From NCBI RefSeq assembly GCF_001194135.2, contig NC_068997.1:50886714-50933210 (forward strand): a stretch of 46,497 bases of DNA, in the 5' to 3' direction. The notes beneath the pieces are model-generated. The model searched no databases. It was not told the origin of the DNA and worked only from the letters and a program-made list of their open reading frames with translations. This document shows, piece by piece, positions 1 through 13,400 of this stretch (the stretch's first letter is position 1; each line of letters starts with the position of its first letter). This stretch comes from Octopus bimaculoides. Its lineage: Eukaryota. The translations under genes were made by a program, and so were the position numbers.

Positions 1-387
1 TATATATATATATATATATATATGCACGCGCATGCGCATGTTAGAGAGAGGGAGAGAGAGAGGTGGGTAGAGAAAGAGAGAGAAATCAAGGCAAACTCAA
101 GTTTATATTAAAGCCTCGACGTACGTTTCACCATTATGGCTGTTCTGAACCATGCGTTGAATGTTCCAAGTGCATTTGGATGCTGAATGAGAACGGATAA
201 TCCGAGAACACTTTATTACGCTCAAATATATATCTACATGCCTACCGATCAACTTACATGCATACATACATGCATACATACATACGTACATACATATATA
301 CATGCATACATACATGCATACATACATACGTACATACATATATACATGCATACACGTACGCGCACATATATACACCTGTGTATATCG

Positions 388-770
388 TGGCACTCCGTCG
401 GTTACGACGACGAGGGTTCCAGTTGATCCGATCAACGGAACAGCCTGCTCATGAAATTAACGTGCAAATGGTTGAGCACTCAACAGACACGTGTACCTTA
501 ACGTAGTTCTCGGGGAGATTCACCGTGACACATAGTGTGACAAGGCTGGCCCTTTAAAATACAGGCACAACAGAAACTGGAAGAAAGTGTGAGAGAAAGT
601 TGTAGTGGAAGAGTACAGCAGGGTTCGCCCCACCTTCCTGCCGGAGCCTCATGGAACTTTAGGTTTTTCCGCTCAATAAACATTCACAACGCCCGGTCTG
701 GGAATTGAAACCGCGATCCTACGACCGCGAGTCTGCTGCCCTAACCACTGGGCCATTGCATCTCTACACA
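388..770 (-). mobile_element. tRNA-derived SINE, family A, near full length
   Basis: Reverse complement of the copy at 40484-40868 (head tggaggcgcaatggcccagtggttagggcag, tail ...cgtaaccgacggagtgcca). Confidence 0.9.
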
Positions 771-1090
771 CCCGTGTATACATATCAAATAACTACGGTT
801 GATAATAAGCGTCAAATCAAAGTTTCATTATAATGTTTCGTGATGTACACCAACAACATGACCACGAGTGTGATGGTAGGAATGGTGCTGCTCTTTTTGT
901 GGGTGGATGTGAGGCAAATGGCGGATTTGTTTAACTGTCAGTTTATACGGCTCCTGGGGTTTGTTGATAACCGAAGCTGTAATACACCAGGCTACAGTCA
1001 ATTATTTATAGCTCTTCTTTATATCCCACCACACCTGCATTTATGTGTGTATGTGTGTACATGTGTGTTCATTGTGAATGTGTGTATGTG

Positions 1091-1325
1091 CTATTTCTTT
1101 TACTACCCACAAGGGGCTACACACAGAGGGGACAAACAAGGACAGACAAAGGGATTAAGTTGATTATTTCAATCCCAGTGAGTAACTGGTACTTATTCAA
1201 TTGACCCCGAAAGGATGAAAGGCAAAGTCGACCTCGGCGGAATTTGAACTCAGAACGTAGTGGCAGACGAAATACCGCTAGGCATTTCGCCCGGCGTGCT
1301 AACGTTTCTGCCAGCTCGCCGCCTT
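1091..1325 (-). mobile_element. tRNA-derived SINE, family C, full length
   Basis: Minus strand reads ggcggcgagctggcagaaacgttagc...gagttcaaattccgccgaggtcgactttgcctttcatcctttcggggtc; more than 10 homologous copies in the window. Confidence 0.9.
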
Positions 1326-1767
1326 AAATGTATGTATGTGCATCTGTATCTGTATGTATGTGTGTATGTGTATGTCTGAAAGTGTATGCAAGTGTGTGTG
1401 TGTATGTGTAAATGTGTTTTTGAGCTTATACTTATCCATGTGTCTCTATATGTGAGCACGTTTGTGTATGTATATATGTGCATGTATGTACGTGTATGTG
1501 TGTTTATATAATTATATGTGCTCATGGTTGTATATATATGTATCTGTGTATGTATATGTGTACATGTGTTTTCATGTATACGCGTATTTATACATGTATA
1601 ACTGTTCATGGTTGTATATATGTGTATATATATGTGTGTGTGTGTGTACATGCATGTGTATATATAGTTGTGTGTTTACTTGGTTATTTTACTGTATTAT
1701 TACAATCATTTCTATCTTCACCAATCAAATAAACCCTCAAGAGCAACAACAAACACAATTCTAACAA

Positions 1768-1803
<36 letters not shown>

Positions 1804-2454
1804 GAAAGTTGTGTTGAGTTTCAATGGAATCCTAAATTAATGTCAATTAAACGAAAGAATTCTTTTCAGGATTTATCAAAAGACTGTTTTGCTATGACAA
1901 GATTTTCCACAGATGAAAGAAAGTCAATTTATTTGCAAAACCACAAATGATTCATTTGTAAATAATAGACTTTTAATGGAAGAAAAATTATTGAGTGTTA
2001 ACACGAAGTTGTTGATCGTCAAATACGAGAGACGGAAGGAGAAAAGAATTTGGTAAGATTAGAGCTGAACTTAGGTTTAAAGTTTAACGAGTTATTGCGT
2101 GTTGCTTCTGATGTAAAAGGGTGACTAAAAAGTATTTCACAGAAAATAAAATCTTGAACGCAAAATGACTCTGATTAAAGCTTAGAAGATTGGCGAAGTA
2201 CGTTTACAAGACGGAAATGAAAGCTTCCAATATCATTAAATATAGATCTTGAAACCTTCACCAAAACGAGGCCGCGTTGTTTATGCATACACCCGTAATG
2301 GTGTTAATAAGGTGACGGGTATGTTTACCCGTACGATGTTAATAATTTAAAGTAAGCTATTGTAGTCTCACCGTTCGTCCGTAACCACTTTGGCTCCTGA
2401 CATTAATCATTACTAAACGATTGGAATTAATATCGCTTTGATTCCTGTCGTCTT

Positions 2455-2640
2455 TTATTTGTTTTAATCATTGGACTGCGGCCACGCTGGTGCACTGCGT
2501 TGAAGGGCTGAGTCAGTTGGATCGATACCATTAGTTATTTCTTTTCTTTGGTCTGGTATCTTTTGTTGAACCGTTAGGTTACGGGGACGTAAGCAAACCT
2601 ACAACGGTTGCCAAGCGGTGGTGGTGGAGACAAATATACA
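2455..2640 (-). mobile_element. 3' part (D segment) of composite SINE B/D
   Basis: Matches 23821-24028 in reverse orientation; an opposite-orientation D tail follows at about 2685-2740. Confidence 0.8.
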
Positions 2641-3408
2641 CACATAGACACACACATGTATGTGTATATGACTTACACCTTTGAAGGCGGTGCCCCAGGA
2701 TGGCCGCAGTCCAATGACTGAAACAAGGAAAATATAAAAGTAAAAAACATCATTTACATAATTTAGTCCAAGAAGCATCGCTGCCATAGCAGCAATATTG
2801 GCCCGCGGGCCAATCAGTACACTGGCCCTTATCGTATCTATTGACAGAAAACCGCAACATAGACTAGAACTGGGGCTCCTAGACCCGTGAGGCCCCGAAG
2901 CAACTAACCAATGAGCCCACCTCACACCGAAGATGGGCATGGCAAGAATTGCTTCTTCATACAGGAGTCGATGTGGTTTTTATGGACCATAAAAATCCTG
3001 AAATTGCATTATTTCAGAAATGGCCATGTTGATGTTTCCGAAGAAGAATTCTGACTGGATGTTCTTTGTTTTCTGGCGGAATCGGTTGCTCATATGACCA
3101 TCCATATTTCTATTGAACGCTTGTGACCTCTTCATATTGGGTTCAGAAATCAGATGTCATTATCGCAAAAACCGTTCAATGTCATTGTTATTATTATTAC
3201 TATTGTTGTTGTTGTTGTTGTTATTAACATCGAATTGCCAGAGAAAAAATAAAATTGTAAAACAATCACAAAGGTGTTTTTTTTTTCTTTCTTGTGTTAA
3301 TCGATTTAAAATAAAAAGAAAAAAACATAAAAATAACTGGAAAATGGTCAATAAGGAAAGTGTTGTCTATTTGCATTATTGATGTTCTGATTACTTTGTG
3401 GCTGCCTA

Positions 3409-3451
<43 letters not shown>

Positions 3452-4166
3452 NNNNNNNNNNNNNNNNNNNNNNNNNNNNNNNNNNNNNNNNNNNNNNNNN
3501 NNNNNNNNNNNNNNNNNNNNNNNNNNNNNNNNNNNNNNNNNNNNNNNNNNNNNNNNNNNNNNNNNNNNNNNNNNNNNNNNNNNNNNNNNNNNNNNNNNNN
3601 NNNNNNNNNNNNNNNNNNNNNNNNNNNNNNNNNNNNNNNNNNNNNNNNNNNNNNNNNNNNNNNNNNNNNNNNNNNNNNNNNNNNNNNNNNNNNNNNNNNN
3701 NNNNNNNNNNNNNNNNNNNNNNNNNNNNNNNNNNNNNNNNNNNNNNNNNNNNNNNNNNNNNNNNNNNNNNNNNNNNNNNNNNNNNNNNNNNNNNNNNNNN
3801 NNNNNNNNNNNNNNNNNNNNNNNNNNNNNNNNNNNNNNNNNNNNNNNNNNNNNNNNNNNNNNNNNNNNNNNNNNNNNNNNNNNNNNNNNNNNNNNNNNNN
3901 NNNNNNNNNNNNNNNNNNNNNNNNNNNNNNNNNNNNNNNNNNNNNNNNNNNNNNNNNNNNNTGTATATGATCGCTCTCACATTGTACCCCATATCTACTC
4001 CAGCTGCTTTATTTTCAGCCCCTTGTGGTTGTGCTATCTTTATAGAAAAAGCTTACTGGAAACACGTCCCTTCTACACCAGCTGAAGAATCGAGTAGTCG
4101 TTGAAACACATGGGTGACGCGGAAGGTTACTGTAAGACAAAATATATGCACATTTTCTTTATATGG

Positions 4167-4208
<42 letters not shown>

Positions 4209-4217
4209 ACAAACACA

Positions 4218-4547
4218 TTCGCGCGTTCAGTTGTTGGGCTGCGGCGATGTTGAGGCACTGCCTTGAAGAATTGTTAGTCGAATGAATCGATCCCAGTACT
4301 AATTTCTTTAAAATCTGGTACTTATTCTATAGGTCTCTTTTGCAGAACTGCTATGTTACAAGGACATAAACACACTAACACCGGTTGTCAAGCAGTGGAG
4401 GGATAAAACACAGACACAAAAACACTCACACGTCCGCACATAAGCGCGCGCACACACACAGACGATGGGCTTCTTTTAGTTTTCGTCTACCAAATACCGC
4501 TAAGCATTTCGTCTGGCGTGCTACCGTTTCTACCAGCTCGCCGCCTT
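4218..4547 (-). mobile_element. Chimeric SINE: family C head + B tail + (TG)n + D segment
   Basis: Minus strand ggcggcgagctggtagaaacggtagc...gcggt|atttggtagacgaaaactaaaagaagcccatcg, then TG repeats and D sequence. Confidence 0.8.
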
Positions 4548-5074
4548 CCCAAGTAAATATTACCTCCATTTTTCATATCAGTCTTAGATTAGTCTTTGTA
4601 ACTTCACTTTTCTTTACTTCACAGGTTTTTTGGAGTTTCTTCCCCCCCCCCCACCGAACATTTTTTTCTCCGTCGATCAGACGTTTCGAAATTCTTTCAT
4701 TTGCCATGTGAACAGCATGACTTATCCATCTTAGTCTGTTGCATCAAAGGAGAGCTCATATTTTGACATCATTTGCTAACTTCATGACCTCAACGTCAAT
4801 CGCATTGTCTTTCCAAGACATAAGCAAAATTTGTCGAAGACATTTTGGCAAAAAAAAAAAAAAAAAAAAAAGCCAAAAACTGGCTCTGTATGCAATATTT
4901 TGAATTTAATGTCCACGTTTCTCTGGCATACATCAAAACAAAACCAAAGGCTTGTTTTGCAAAGAGATATTTTAGTGACATTGTTTACAGACTCAACGAC
5001 ATATGAAAGAACAACAATATGTGCATGTGTGTATGTGTGCTCTTATGAAAACCAATGAGTGATCATTTCGTACG

Positions 5075-5405
5075 CATAGCCATTTGACTGCGGCCATACT
5101 GGAGCACTGCCTTTTAGTCGAACAACTTAAAGTCACTTGTATATGTATATATATATTATATATATATATATACATATGTGTGTGTGTGCGCGCGCGCGCG
5201 TATTTGTGTGTCTGTGTTTATCCCCCCTCCTCCACCATCGCTTGACAACCGATGTTGCGGCGTTTACATCCCCGTAATCTAGCGGTTCGATAGAATATCA
5301 AGACACCGATAGAATAAGCACTAGGCATACAGCGATTAGGGTTGATTTGGTTGACTAAAGTCGGTGCTCCAGCATGGCCGTAGTTAAATGACTGAAACAA
5401 CTAAA
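5075..5405. mobile_element. Inverted pair of D segments flanking a TA/TG microsatellite
   Basis: D tail on minus (about 5075-5125) and D segment on plus (about 5205-5405). Confidence 0.75.
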
Positions 5406-5407
5406 AG

Positions 5408-5536
<129 letters not shown>

Positions 5537-6112
5537 AGATATAGATATAGATATATAGATATAAGTATGGAAATATAGATTTATTCTTTAGATATGTGTA
5601 TAGTATATGTGTGTGTGTGCGTGTGTGTGTGTGTGCGTGTGTGTGTGTGTAGTAATATATCGATATATATGTACCTGTTTATCTAATTACGTTACTACTC
5701 ATCTATCTGTCTGTTGTACTACATCTATCTATATATATATATAGTGTAAGCATCTGTTATGCCTAGAACTGTGGTTTTAGAGCGTTTTGTATTAAACACA
5801 CATCAAGCAATAGGTTATATAAACACGACGAGGGAAGAACGGATGGCGGCAGCGGCGGTGGTGATGGTGGTGGTGGTGGGTGTATATTAGTAGATCCAGA
5901 ATCTTGAGTAGAAGATGAGTATATTTTTGGGTGCAGGGGTGTTTATACGAGACGGGGATTGATCCATTGTTTTTATCGGTAGTCTCATCATATAAATACA
6001 CACACACACACACACACATATGTGTACACACACACGTACATGCACGCACGCACACACACACACACACACATATATACACACACACAATGCTAAGATACCG
6101 ACACATAAATGT

Positions 6113-6306
6113 TTCTTATTTCTTTATTGCCCACAAGGGACTAAACATAGAGGGGACAAACAAGAACAGACAAAGGGATTAAGTCGATTACATCGACCCC
6201 AGTGCGTAACTGGTACTTAATTTATCGACCCCGAAAGGATGAAAGGCAAAGTCGACCTCGGCGGAATTTGAACTCAGAACGTAACGGCAGACGATATACC
6301 GCTAAG
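6113..6306 (-). mobile_element. SINE family C, truncated by N gap
   Basis: Near identity to 1091-1325. Confidence 0.9.
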
Positions 6307-7024
6307 NNNNNNNNNNNNNNNNNNNNNNNNNNNNNNNNNNNNNNNNNNNNNNNNNNNNNNNNNNNNNNNNNNNNNNNNNNNNNNNNNNNNNNNNNNNNNN
6401 NNNNNNNNNNNNNNNNNNNNNNNNNNNNNNNNNNNNNNNNNNNNNNNNNNNNNNNNNNNNNNNNNNNNNNNNNNNNNNNNNNNNNNNNNNNNNNNNNNNN
6501 NNNNNNNNNNNNNNNNNNNNNNNNNNNNNNNNNNNNNNNNNNNNNNNNNNNNNNNNNNNNNNNNNNNNNNNNNNNNNNNNNNNNNNNNNNNNNNNNNNNN
6601 NNNNNNNNNNNNNNNNNNNNNNNNNNNNNNNNNNNNNNNNNNNNNNNNNNNNNNNNNNNNNNNNNNNNNNNNNNNNNNNNNNNNNNNNNNNNNNNNNNNN
6701 NNNNNNNNNNNNNNNNNNNNNNNNNNNNNNNNNNNNNNNNNNNNNNNNNNNNNNNNNNNNNNNNNNNNNNNNNNNNNNNNNNNNNNNNNNNNNNNNNNNN
6801 NNNNNNNNNNNNNNNNNNNNNNNNNNNNNNNNNNNNNNNNNNNNNNNNNNNNNNNNNNNNNNNNNNNNNNNNNNNNNNNNNNNNNNNNNNNNNNNNNNNN
6901 NNNNNNNNNNNNNNNNNNNNNNNNNNNNNNNNNNNNNNAGAGAGAGAGAGAGAGAGATGAACCGAGAAATTGTTTATCAACGAAAGAAAAGAAAGGTAAA
7001 TTTCTGCAGAGGTAAAAGACTCAC

Positions 7025-7087
7025 CGTTTCGTTTGACAAACTTTGGCTTTCATGACTGTCTGGCATGGCTGTGTTGAAGAATGGAGT
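7025..7087 (-). other. Candidate 63-nt internal exon of an unidentified gene
   Basis: Acceptor ctttctctatttcctgcacag|, donor ACG|GTGAGT, length divisible by 3, open in two frames (e.g. TPFFNTAMPDSHESQSLSNET). No homology recognised. Confidence 0.4.
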
Positions 7088-7406
7088 CTGTGCAGGAAAT
7101 AGAGAAAGCTCCGCGTCAAGCAAACTGCAATAATATTCTCATGTCTACATTAACATCAACATCAACATCAACAACAACAACAACAACACTAATAGCAATG
7201 ACGACAGAACAATTTCTAGCAAAAATTACTTAACCAATTTCAATATTCCTGTTTAGGAATGTCACTGGTGAGAGATTTCGTTGGAAAATGGTAAAAAAAA
7301 AAAAAGAAAGGAAAAAATAAAGAAGAAAGAAAACAAAAAAGAAAGAAAAGAAAAAGATAAATAGGATTAATAGTAACTGAATTTTGAACAGCAACACAAC
7401 AAGAGC

Positions 7407-7444
<38 letters not shown>

Positions 7445-7546
7445 TAATAATAGCAAAACTGGGTGTTGCAGGAAATAGGCTAAATGGTGAATGAGAACTA
7501 TCTGATGTTGGCAACAGAATTAAATGCATGTGGAAAGGAGAGAATA

Positions 7547-7621
<75 letters not shown>

Positions 7622-8124
7622 GAGAGAGAGGGAGAGAGAAAGAGAGAAAAAAGAGAGAGAAAGAGAGAAGAAAAAAGAGAGAGAGAGAGAGAGAGAGAAA
7701 GCAAACAAGACCAAAAAAATAAAAATAAATAATATAAATAAAAGATATAATATTAAATATATATTTATATATATAAAAGGTAATTTCTGCAGACAAATGC
7801 AAAATATCAACACAAAAATAACGCGGTGTTTTGGCGTAATGAAGTTTCGGTTCGTAATATTTTTATTAACTGGAAGCAAGAGAACGCTTTAGAAATAGTT
7901 TCTCTTGTTTTGATCTGAATAATAATGGTTGCTAAATCAGGAATTAGGTTAGCAATTTTGCTGAGAGCGTAGAAGGGAGGAGTTTGTCGATGTCAATGAC
8001 TGTGGTACTTAACAGGTACTTTATTTTTGTACTTTATTTTTGTACTTTATTTTAGTAATAATTGTTTCTAATTTAGACTTGAGGCTAGAAATTTCGAAGT
8101 GTAGTTGGTATTATCAAATCGAGA

Positions 8125-8590
8125 AAGGTTGCGAGCTAGCAGCATCGTCAGCACGACGGGCAAAATGCTGCTAAGCATTTCGTCCGTCTATCTCGACGTG
8201 CTGAGTTCAAATTCCGCCGTGGTCGACTTTTGCTTTTCATTTCTCCCCTTAAAACTGTTGGCTCTGTGCCAAAATTTGAAACCGATGCAAGACAAAGTTA
8301 ACCTCGGCAGGATTTGAACTCGGGGCACGAAGAGCTGGAATAAATACCACAAGGCATTTTGTCCGACGCTCTAACGATTCTTCCAATTGCTACATTTAAT
8401 ACTTTCTAATTAAGGCATAAAACCCAGAAATTTTGAGGGAAACGTGTGATAAGTGAGTCCACACTATCGGTCCTAATGCCTGACTGGTACTCTGTCTTAT
8501 CCACCCCAGCGGGATGAAAATCATAGTTGACCGCGGCAGGATTTGAACCCAGAACACAAAGAGTCGAAACAAATATCACAAGACATCTTA
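8125..8590. mobile_element. Cluster of three degenerate family C SINEs (+, -, -)
   Basis: gagttcaaattccgccgtggtcgac on plus at about 8203; ggatttgaactc / ggatttgaaccc at about 8310 and about 8540. Confidence 0.75.
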
Positions 8591-10154
8591 TAATCCCTCC
8601 AATCTACTGTCTTGGATTGGTAATTTTAAAATCAACCCTGAAAGGTAAACCACTGACCAAAGAGTATCTCATTGTTGTCTCAATAAATCATGATAACCAG
8701 GTACGAATTTGATACATAGTCTTCTAGACACACTGGAAGACGAACGAGATGTGACGTTCACATCTTTAGCCAAGCTTGCTACGAAGCTGTGCGCTTGTAC
8801 GCGCGCACATATGTTTTACGTCTAGCGGACAAAGGAAAAATATATATGCGCATACAAGATTTTCAAGATGAAATCCAATTTTATTTTTTGAAGATGGTTA
8901 CTTGGATGGAGGTGGATATACTTTGAAAAGGAACACAAAATTTGCGCGCAAATAAATTTCTTCGCACGCCCATAGAAAAGGGAAAGATGGAACATTGCTT
9001 TTAGCTGTAGGATTAGTGATTTAATAAACCCGGGATGGGATCGAAATCGGGACGCTGATGCGTTAAGTACTAGCGTTTATGAGGCCTGCCAATGAAACCC
9101 AATAATTGATCTTTATTGAAGGGATTCTGAAGACATGAAATATTGATTAAGCATATAAACTAAATGTCACTCGCTGGCAGGAATATATAAAGCCGCACCC
9201 AGGAGCTCCAACTATAGCAACAACAACAACAACAACAAGTGCAACAACAGCAGCAGTAGCACCACCACCACCACCACCAATGACAACAACAACAGCAGCA
9301 CCAAAAACAACAAGAACAAGAACAACAATAGCAACAACAACAACTACAAATGTTTCTCATGTGTTTGATTTTCTGTAAAAATAATTCATTTCAAGCGAAT
9401 CGAAGAACTATTTTATGGTCTCCCAAGTTTGGCAGAAGGCCAACAATTTCGAGGAAGGGTTTTAGTCTATGTAATCGACTAAAACAATTTAAGAGAGAGC
9501 GACATATTTAGTATAAAAACAAAACTCATAGATTTCACATAGTTTATACTTTACTTACGCTCGACAGCCGTTTCATTAGGACAAACATCATTATTCGATA
9601 ATTACGTAATTGCGATACATAATTAATTTAAACTAAATTAGATGCTATCTTTACTAAATTCATTACGTATATTGCGTATTTTGTCTATCAGGAAACCATT
9701 CCTTATTATTAATTTGTGTCACAAGTATGTAATTATGGAATTAATAACAGATATCTTAATGAAACAGCTGCTGAGCGCAATTGAAATATGAAATATATGC
9801 TTTTCTACCGTTGTATTTTTAGCAATTTAATTCTATATATAATTTAAATTCGAAAAGAATATCTGAATCACGTTGTACAATAGTGTTGATGACGATCAGA
9901 ATATTTTGGCTGGGTGGGTGGCCAATTTCCTGAAACAACACCTCTTAATTTCTAGCTACGTCTTATATTTGGTTCTGTCAAATATTCTTGGAGGCATATT
10001 TGTGCACGAGAGGTACAAACACATGGTGAACTCTCCTGTCGCAAATGACGAATGAGGAGTCCGCAATATCTTGCTCAACATCCTGCACAGATAATCTGTT
10101 TATAATGATTAAATGTTTGTACTCACTCCCTCCATCAAATCAACATTGCTTGTA

Positions 10155-10374
10155 TAAGAGGGGGTGTTGAAAAGTTCCTGACTTCGGGTAATAGAAAATA
10201 CAGAAGAATCAATTAATTATGATTTTAACGAACATAGTCCCCTCTCAGATCCACACTCTTATTGCAGCGGTCCTTCAGTTTTTTAAAGTCCAGTAAAAGA
10301 ACTTGGAAGGTTGGGCCTCCAACCAGGCTTTTCGCGACACCCTTAAAGCCAGGAACTTTTCAGCAACGATCGTA
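10155..10374 (-). mobile_element. Mariner-derived MITE
   Basis: TIRs taagagggggtgttgaaaagttcctg / caggaacttttcagcaac...cgta, TA termini, internal mariner C-terminal codons on minus. Confidence 0.8.
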
Positions 10375-11419
10375 GAGTTGACGTGGAGCTAAAGTTTGTA
10401 GGTTTGTAGCTAGGATAAGAATGTAGCTATGTCGTTGTCTAACTGGAGTTAATGCGAAGCTAGGGCCGCTGTGTTGCTATACGGCAGTACTGGGATGTCA
10501 GAATTTAACGGTACATAACTGTCTAATCTAACTGACTGACTACTGTTGACTTCACTACAATCACACAATCACACTTCCTCTCTCTCACTCTCTCTCTCTC
10601 TATCGAAATCTCAACTGGTGCCATTTGCAGACCAATTTTCTATGTCACATGGTTCTCTTTAAGGAGTCCAAGCTGTCCCACTTATTAATTAATTGAAATC
10701 TGACATCGTTTACGTCAGAACTCTCCTTATTCACGTTGACGTAGTTTTAAGAATCAAAGACGTTGGCAGCTTCGAGAAATAAATATTCTTTATCATTATT
10801 ATTATTACTATTATTATTATTATTATTAGTTTTTTTCTATTTTCCTTTTCTTATAAACAGGATGTTCACTTTATTTTCTTCTTCATCAAAAAGGATGACA
10901 TTGGAAAAAAAAAAAAAACCCAAAAAACAATTGTTTCCTTTTTGTCTTCCCTTCACTCAAGCTCCCTCCTTCTCTACCTCCTTCTCTCACTTTCTCTCTG
11001 TCTGTCTCTCTTTCTCTCTCTATCTCCTTTTTTGTTTTGTTTTCCTTTTTCTACCCGAAATAGTTGTCCTGTGACGTCATGTCTCTTCTACCATTATGTC
11101 TGTAATTGTAGGCACTACGTTGTTATATTTGGGTTGATGAAAGCAGCGGTAGTTCACTTACTGTTTTCTCTGGAACTATTTTTGGTCAATGTTCTTGGAC
11201 GAAGTGTTTTGTTATTTTCATTTTCTTTGTTTCTTTTTTTTCTGCTTTTCTTTTTCTTTTTCTCGTTTGATTATTCAATAAAAATAAGGAAATTAAAGCG
11301 TTCTGTGCCCATCCCCCGTCTCACACACACACATACATACATACATGGACACAAGCACACAGACACACTCACCACTTCAACATACACACACACACACACA
11401 CAAACACACACATAAACAG

Positions 11420-11815
11420 ACACACTAACATAACCGACCACACACACAAACACACACACATACACACACCACACTAACACAACTGACCACACACACACAC
11501 GCTAAGATAACCGACCACACACACAAACATACACATACACACACCATACTAATTTAACCGACCACACACACACACACATACACATACACACTCCATACTA
11601 ACATAACCAACAACACACACAAATACACACACACACTCACACACCGCACTAGCATAACCGACCACACACACACACACCCATATACACACACTAACATAAC
11701 CGACCACACAACCGCACACAAATACACACCCACATGCACACGTCACACTAACATAACCGCGCGCGCACACACACACACACACGCACACACACATACACAC
11801 GCACACACACACACA
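11420..11815. repeat. Minisatellite: about 8 copies of ACTAACATAACCGACCACAC spaced by (CA)n
   Basis: Core visible at about 11425, 11470, 11500, 11547, 11597, 11648, 11690 and 11746. Confidence 0.8.
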
Positions 11816-11960
11816 CGAGGGATTGCTGATAATGCAGGAGGATCAGTTAATTTTGATTTTATCCAACATATTCCCTTCTCAGGTTCACACACTTATTGCA
11901 GGGGTCCTTCAGTTTTCCTAAGCCCTGCAAAAGAGCTCGGGAGGTTGGGCATTTCGCGAC
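11815..11960 (-). mobile_element. Mariner-derived MITE, partial (internal deletion, gap-truncated)
   Basis: Homologous to 10155-10374. Confidence 0.7.
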
Positions 11961-12342
11961 NNNNNNNNNNNNNNNNNNNNNNNNNNNNNNNNNNNNNNNN
12001 NNNNNNNNNNNNNNNNNNNNNNNNNNNNNNNNNNNNNNNNNNNNNNNNNNNNNNNNNNNNNNNNNNNNNNNNNNNNNNNNNNNNNNNNNNNNNNNNNNNN
12101 NNNNNNNNNNNNNNNNNNNNNNNNNNNNNNNNNNNNNNNNNNNNNNNNNNNNNNNNNNNNNNNNNNNNNNNNNNNNNNNNNNNNNNNNNNNNNNNNNNNN
12201 NNNNNNNNNNNNNNNNNNNNNNNNNNNNNNNNNNNNNNNNNNNNNNNNNNNNNNNNNNNNNNNNNNNNNNNNNNNNNNNNNNNNNNNNNNNNNNNNNNNN
12301 NNNNNNNNNNNNNNNNNNNNNNNNNNNNNNNNNNNNNNNNNT

Positions 12343-12648
12343 AAGCCTAGTACTTATTCTATCGTTCTCTTTTGCCGAACCGCTAAGTTATGGGGACGTA
12401 AACACACCAGCATCGGTTGTCAAGCGATGGTGGCGGGACAAACACAAACACACACACACACACACACATATATATAGAGAGAAAGTCGACGAGCTTCTTT
12501 CAGTTTCCGTCTACCAAATCCACTCACAAGGCTTTGGTCGGCCCAAAGCTATAGCTGAAGACACTTGCCCAAGGTGCCACGCAGTGGGACTGAACCCGGA
12601 ACCATGTGGTTGGGAAGCAAGCTACTTATCACACAGCCACTCCTGTGC
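12343..12648 (-). mobile_element. Composite SINE B-(microsatellite)-D
   Basis: tRNA-like head (gtggctgtgtgataagtagcttgcttcccaaccacatggttccgggttcagtcc on minus), then (TA/TG)n, then D. Confidence 0.85.
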
Positions 12649-12659
12649 CTATATAAAGC

Positions 12660-13400
12660 TTTAATTAGTTTTATTGCTAGTTATTGTTAATTAAGGTTAT
12701 CGTTAATTCAAATCACAACAAATTAATTTTATTAAGGCGGCGAGTTGGACAAAATTCTTAGCGGCATTTCGTCCGTCTTTATGTTCTAACTTCAAATTCC
12801 TCCGAAGTCGACTTAGCCCTCCCACGAATTTGGTGGCCTTGTGCCAAAATTTGAAACCATTACTAATTAAAGCTATCGCTAATTAAAATTAACTGTGATA
12901 AAATTTACCATTAATTAAAGCTGCTGTTAAATTAAAGCTGCTGTTAAATTTACTATTAATTAAACTTTTTGTAAATTAAAGTTATTGGAATGTAATGTTG
13001 TTAACTAAAACTAAGTTTGATTAAATTTACCATTAATTTATTGTTAATTAAAGTTATTAATTTTTTAGATCTATTATTAATAAAAGTTATCATTAATATA
13101 AATTATAATTAATTAAAGTTGCCATAAATTAATGTTATAAATAACTATAATTATCTTTAATTAAAGTTATTGTTGTATAGAGCTGTCGTTAAATTTATTG
13201 TTGAAGTCATCATTAATTAAAGATACCCTTAATTAAAGTTATCGTCGTTTAAATTTAATTAGAGTTAATTTATTGTTAATAAAAGTTGTTATTAATAAAA
13301 CTTGTTAATTAACTTCATAGTTGATTAATGTTGCCATAAATATAAATTATTGGTAGTTATAATTAATCAACACTATTGAATAAAGATTAAAAGATAATTA
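12660..13400. repeat. AT-rich degenerate minisatellite (ttaattaaagttat-like units) containing a family C SINE at about 12735-12860
   Basis: Recurrent ttaattaaagttat / attaaagctgctgtt motifs. Confidence 0.7.

Noticed and set aside
1871-2052. Plus-strand acceptor/donor pair
   Set aside because: All three frames contain stop codons.
2797-2814. Perfect 18-bp palindrome attggcccgcgggccaat
   Set aside because: It resembles hAT subterminal motifs in a decayed element; there are no termini or TSD to support a feature call.
4070-4128. Hammerhead-like CTGAAGA...GAAACAC...GTGAC on plus
   Set aside because: U16.1 is replaced by A, stem II has a mismatch and there is no proximal stem I. It also shows that near-matches can arise by chance.
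9160-9380. Thr/Pro-rich mucin-like frame preceded by a TATA-like word
   Set aside because: It is a compound AAC/AGC/ACC trinucleotide repeat with no suitable ATG or convincing splice sites.
11420-11815. CRISPR-like repeat-spacer array
   Set aside because: The context is eukaryotic, the spacers are (CA)n, the repeats are degenerate and there are no cas genes.
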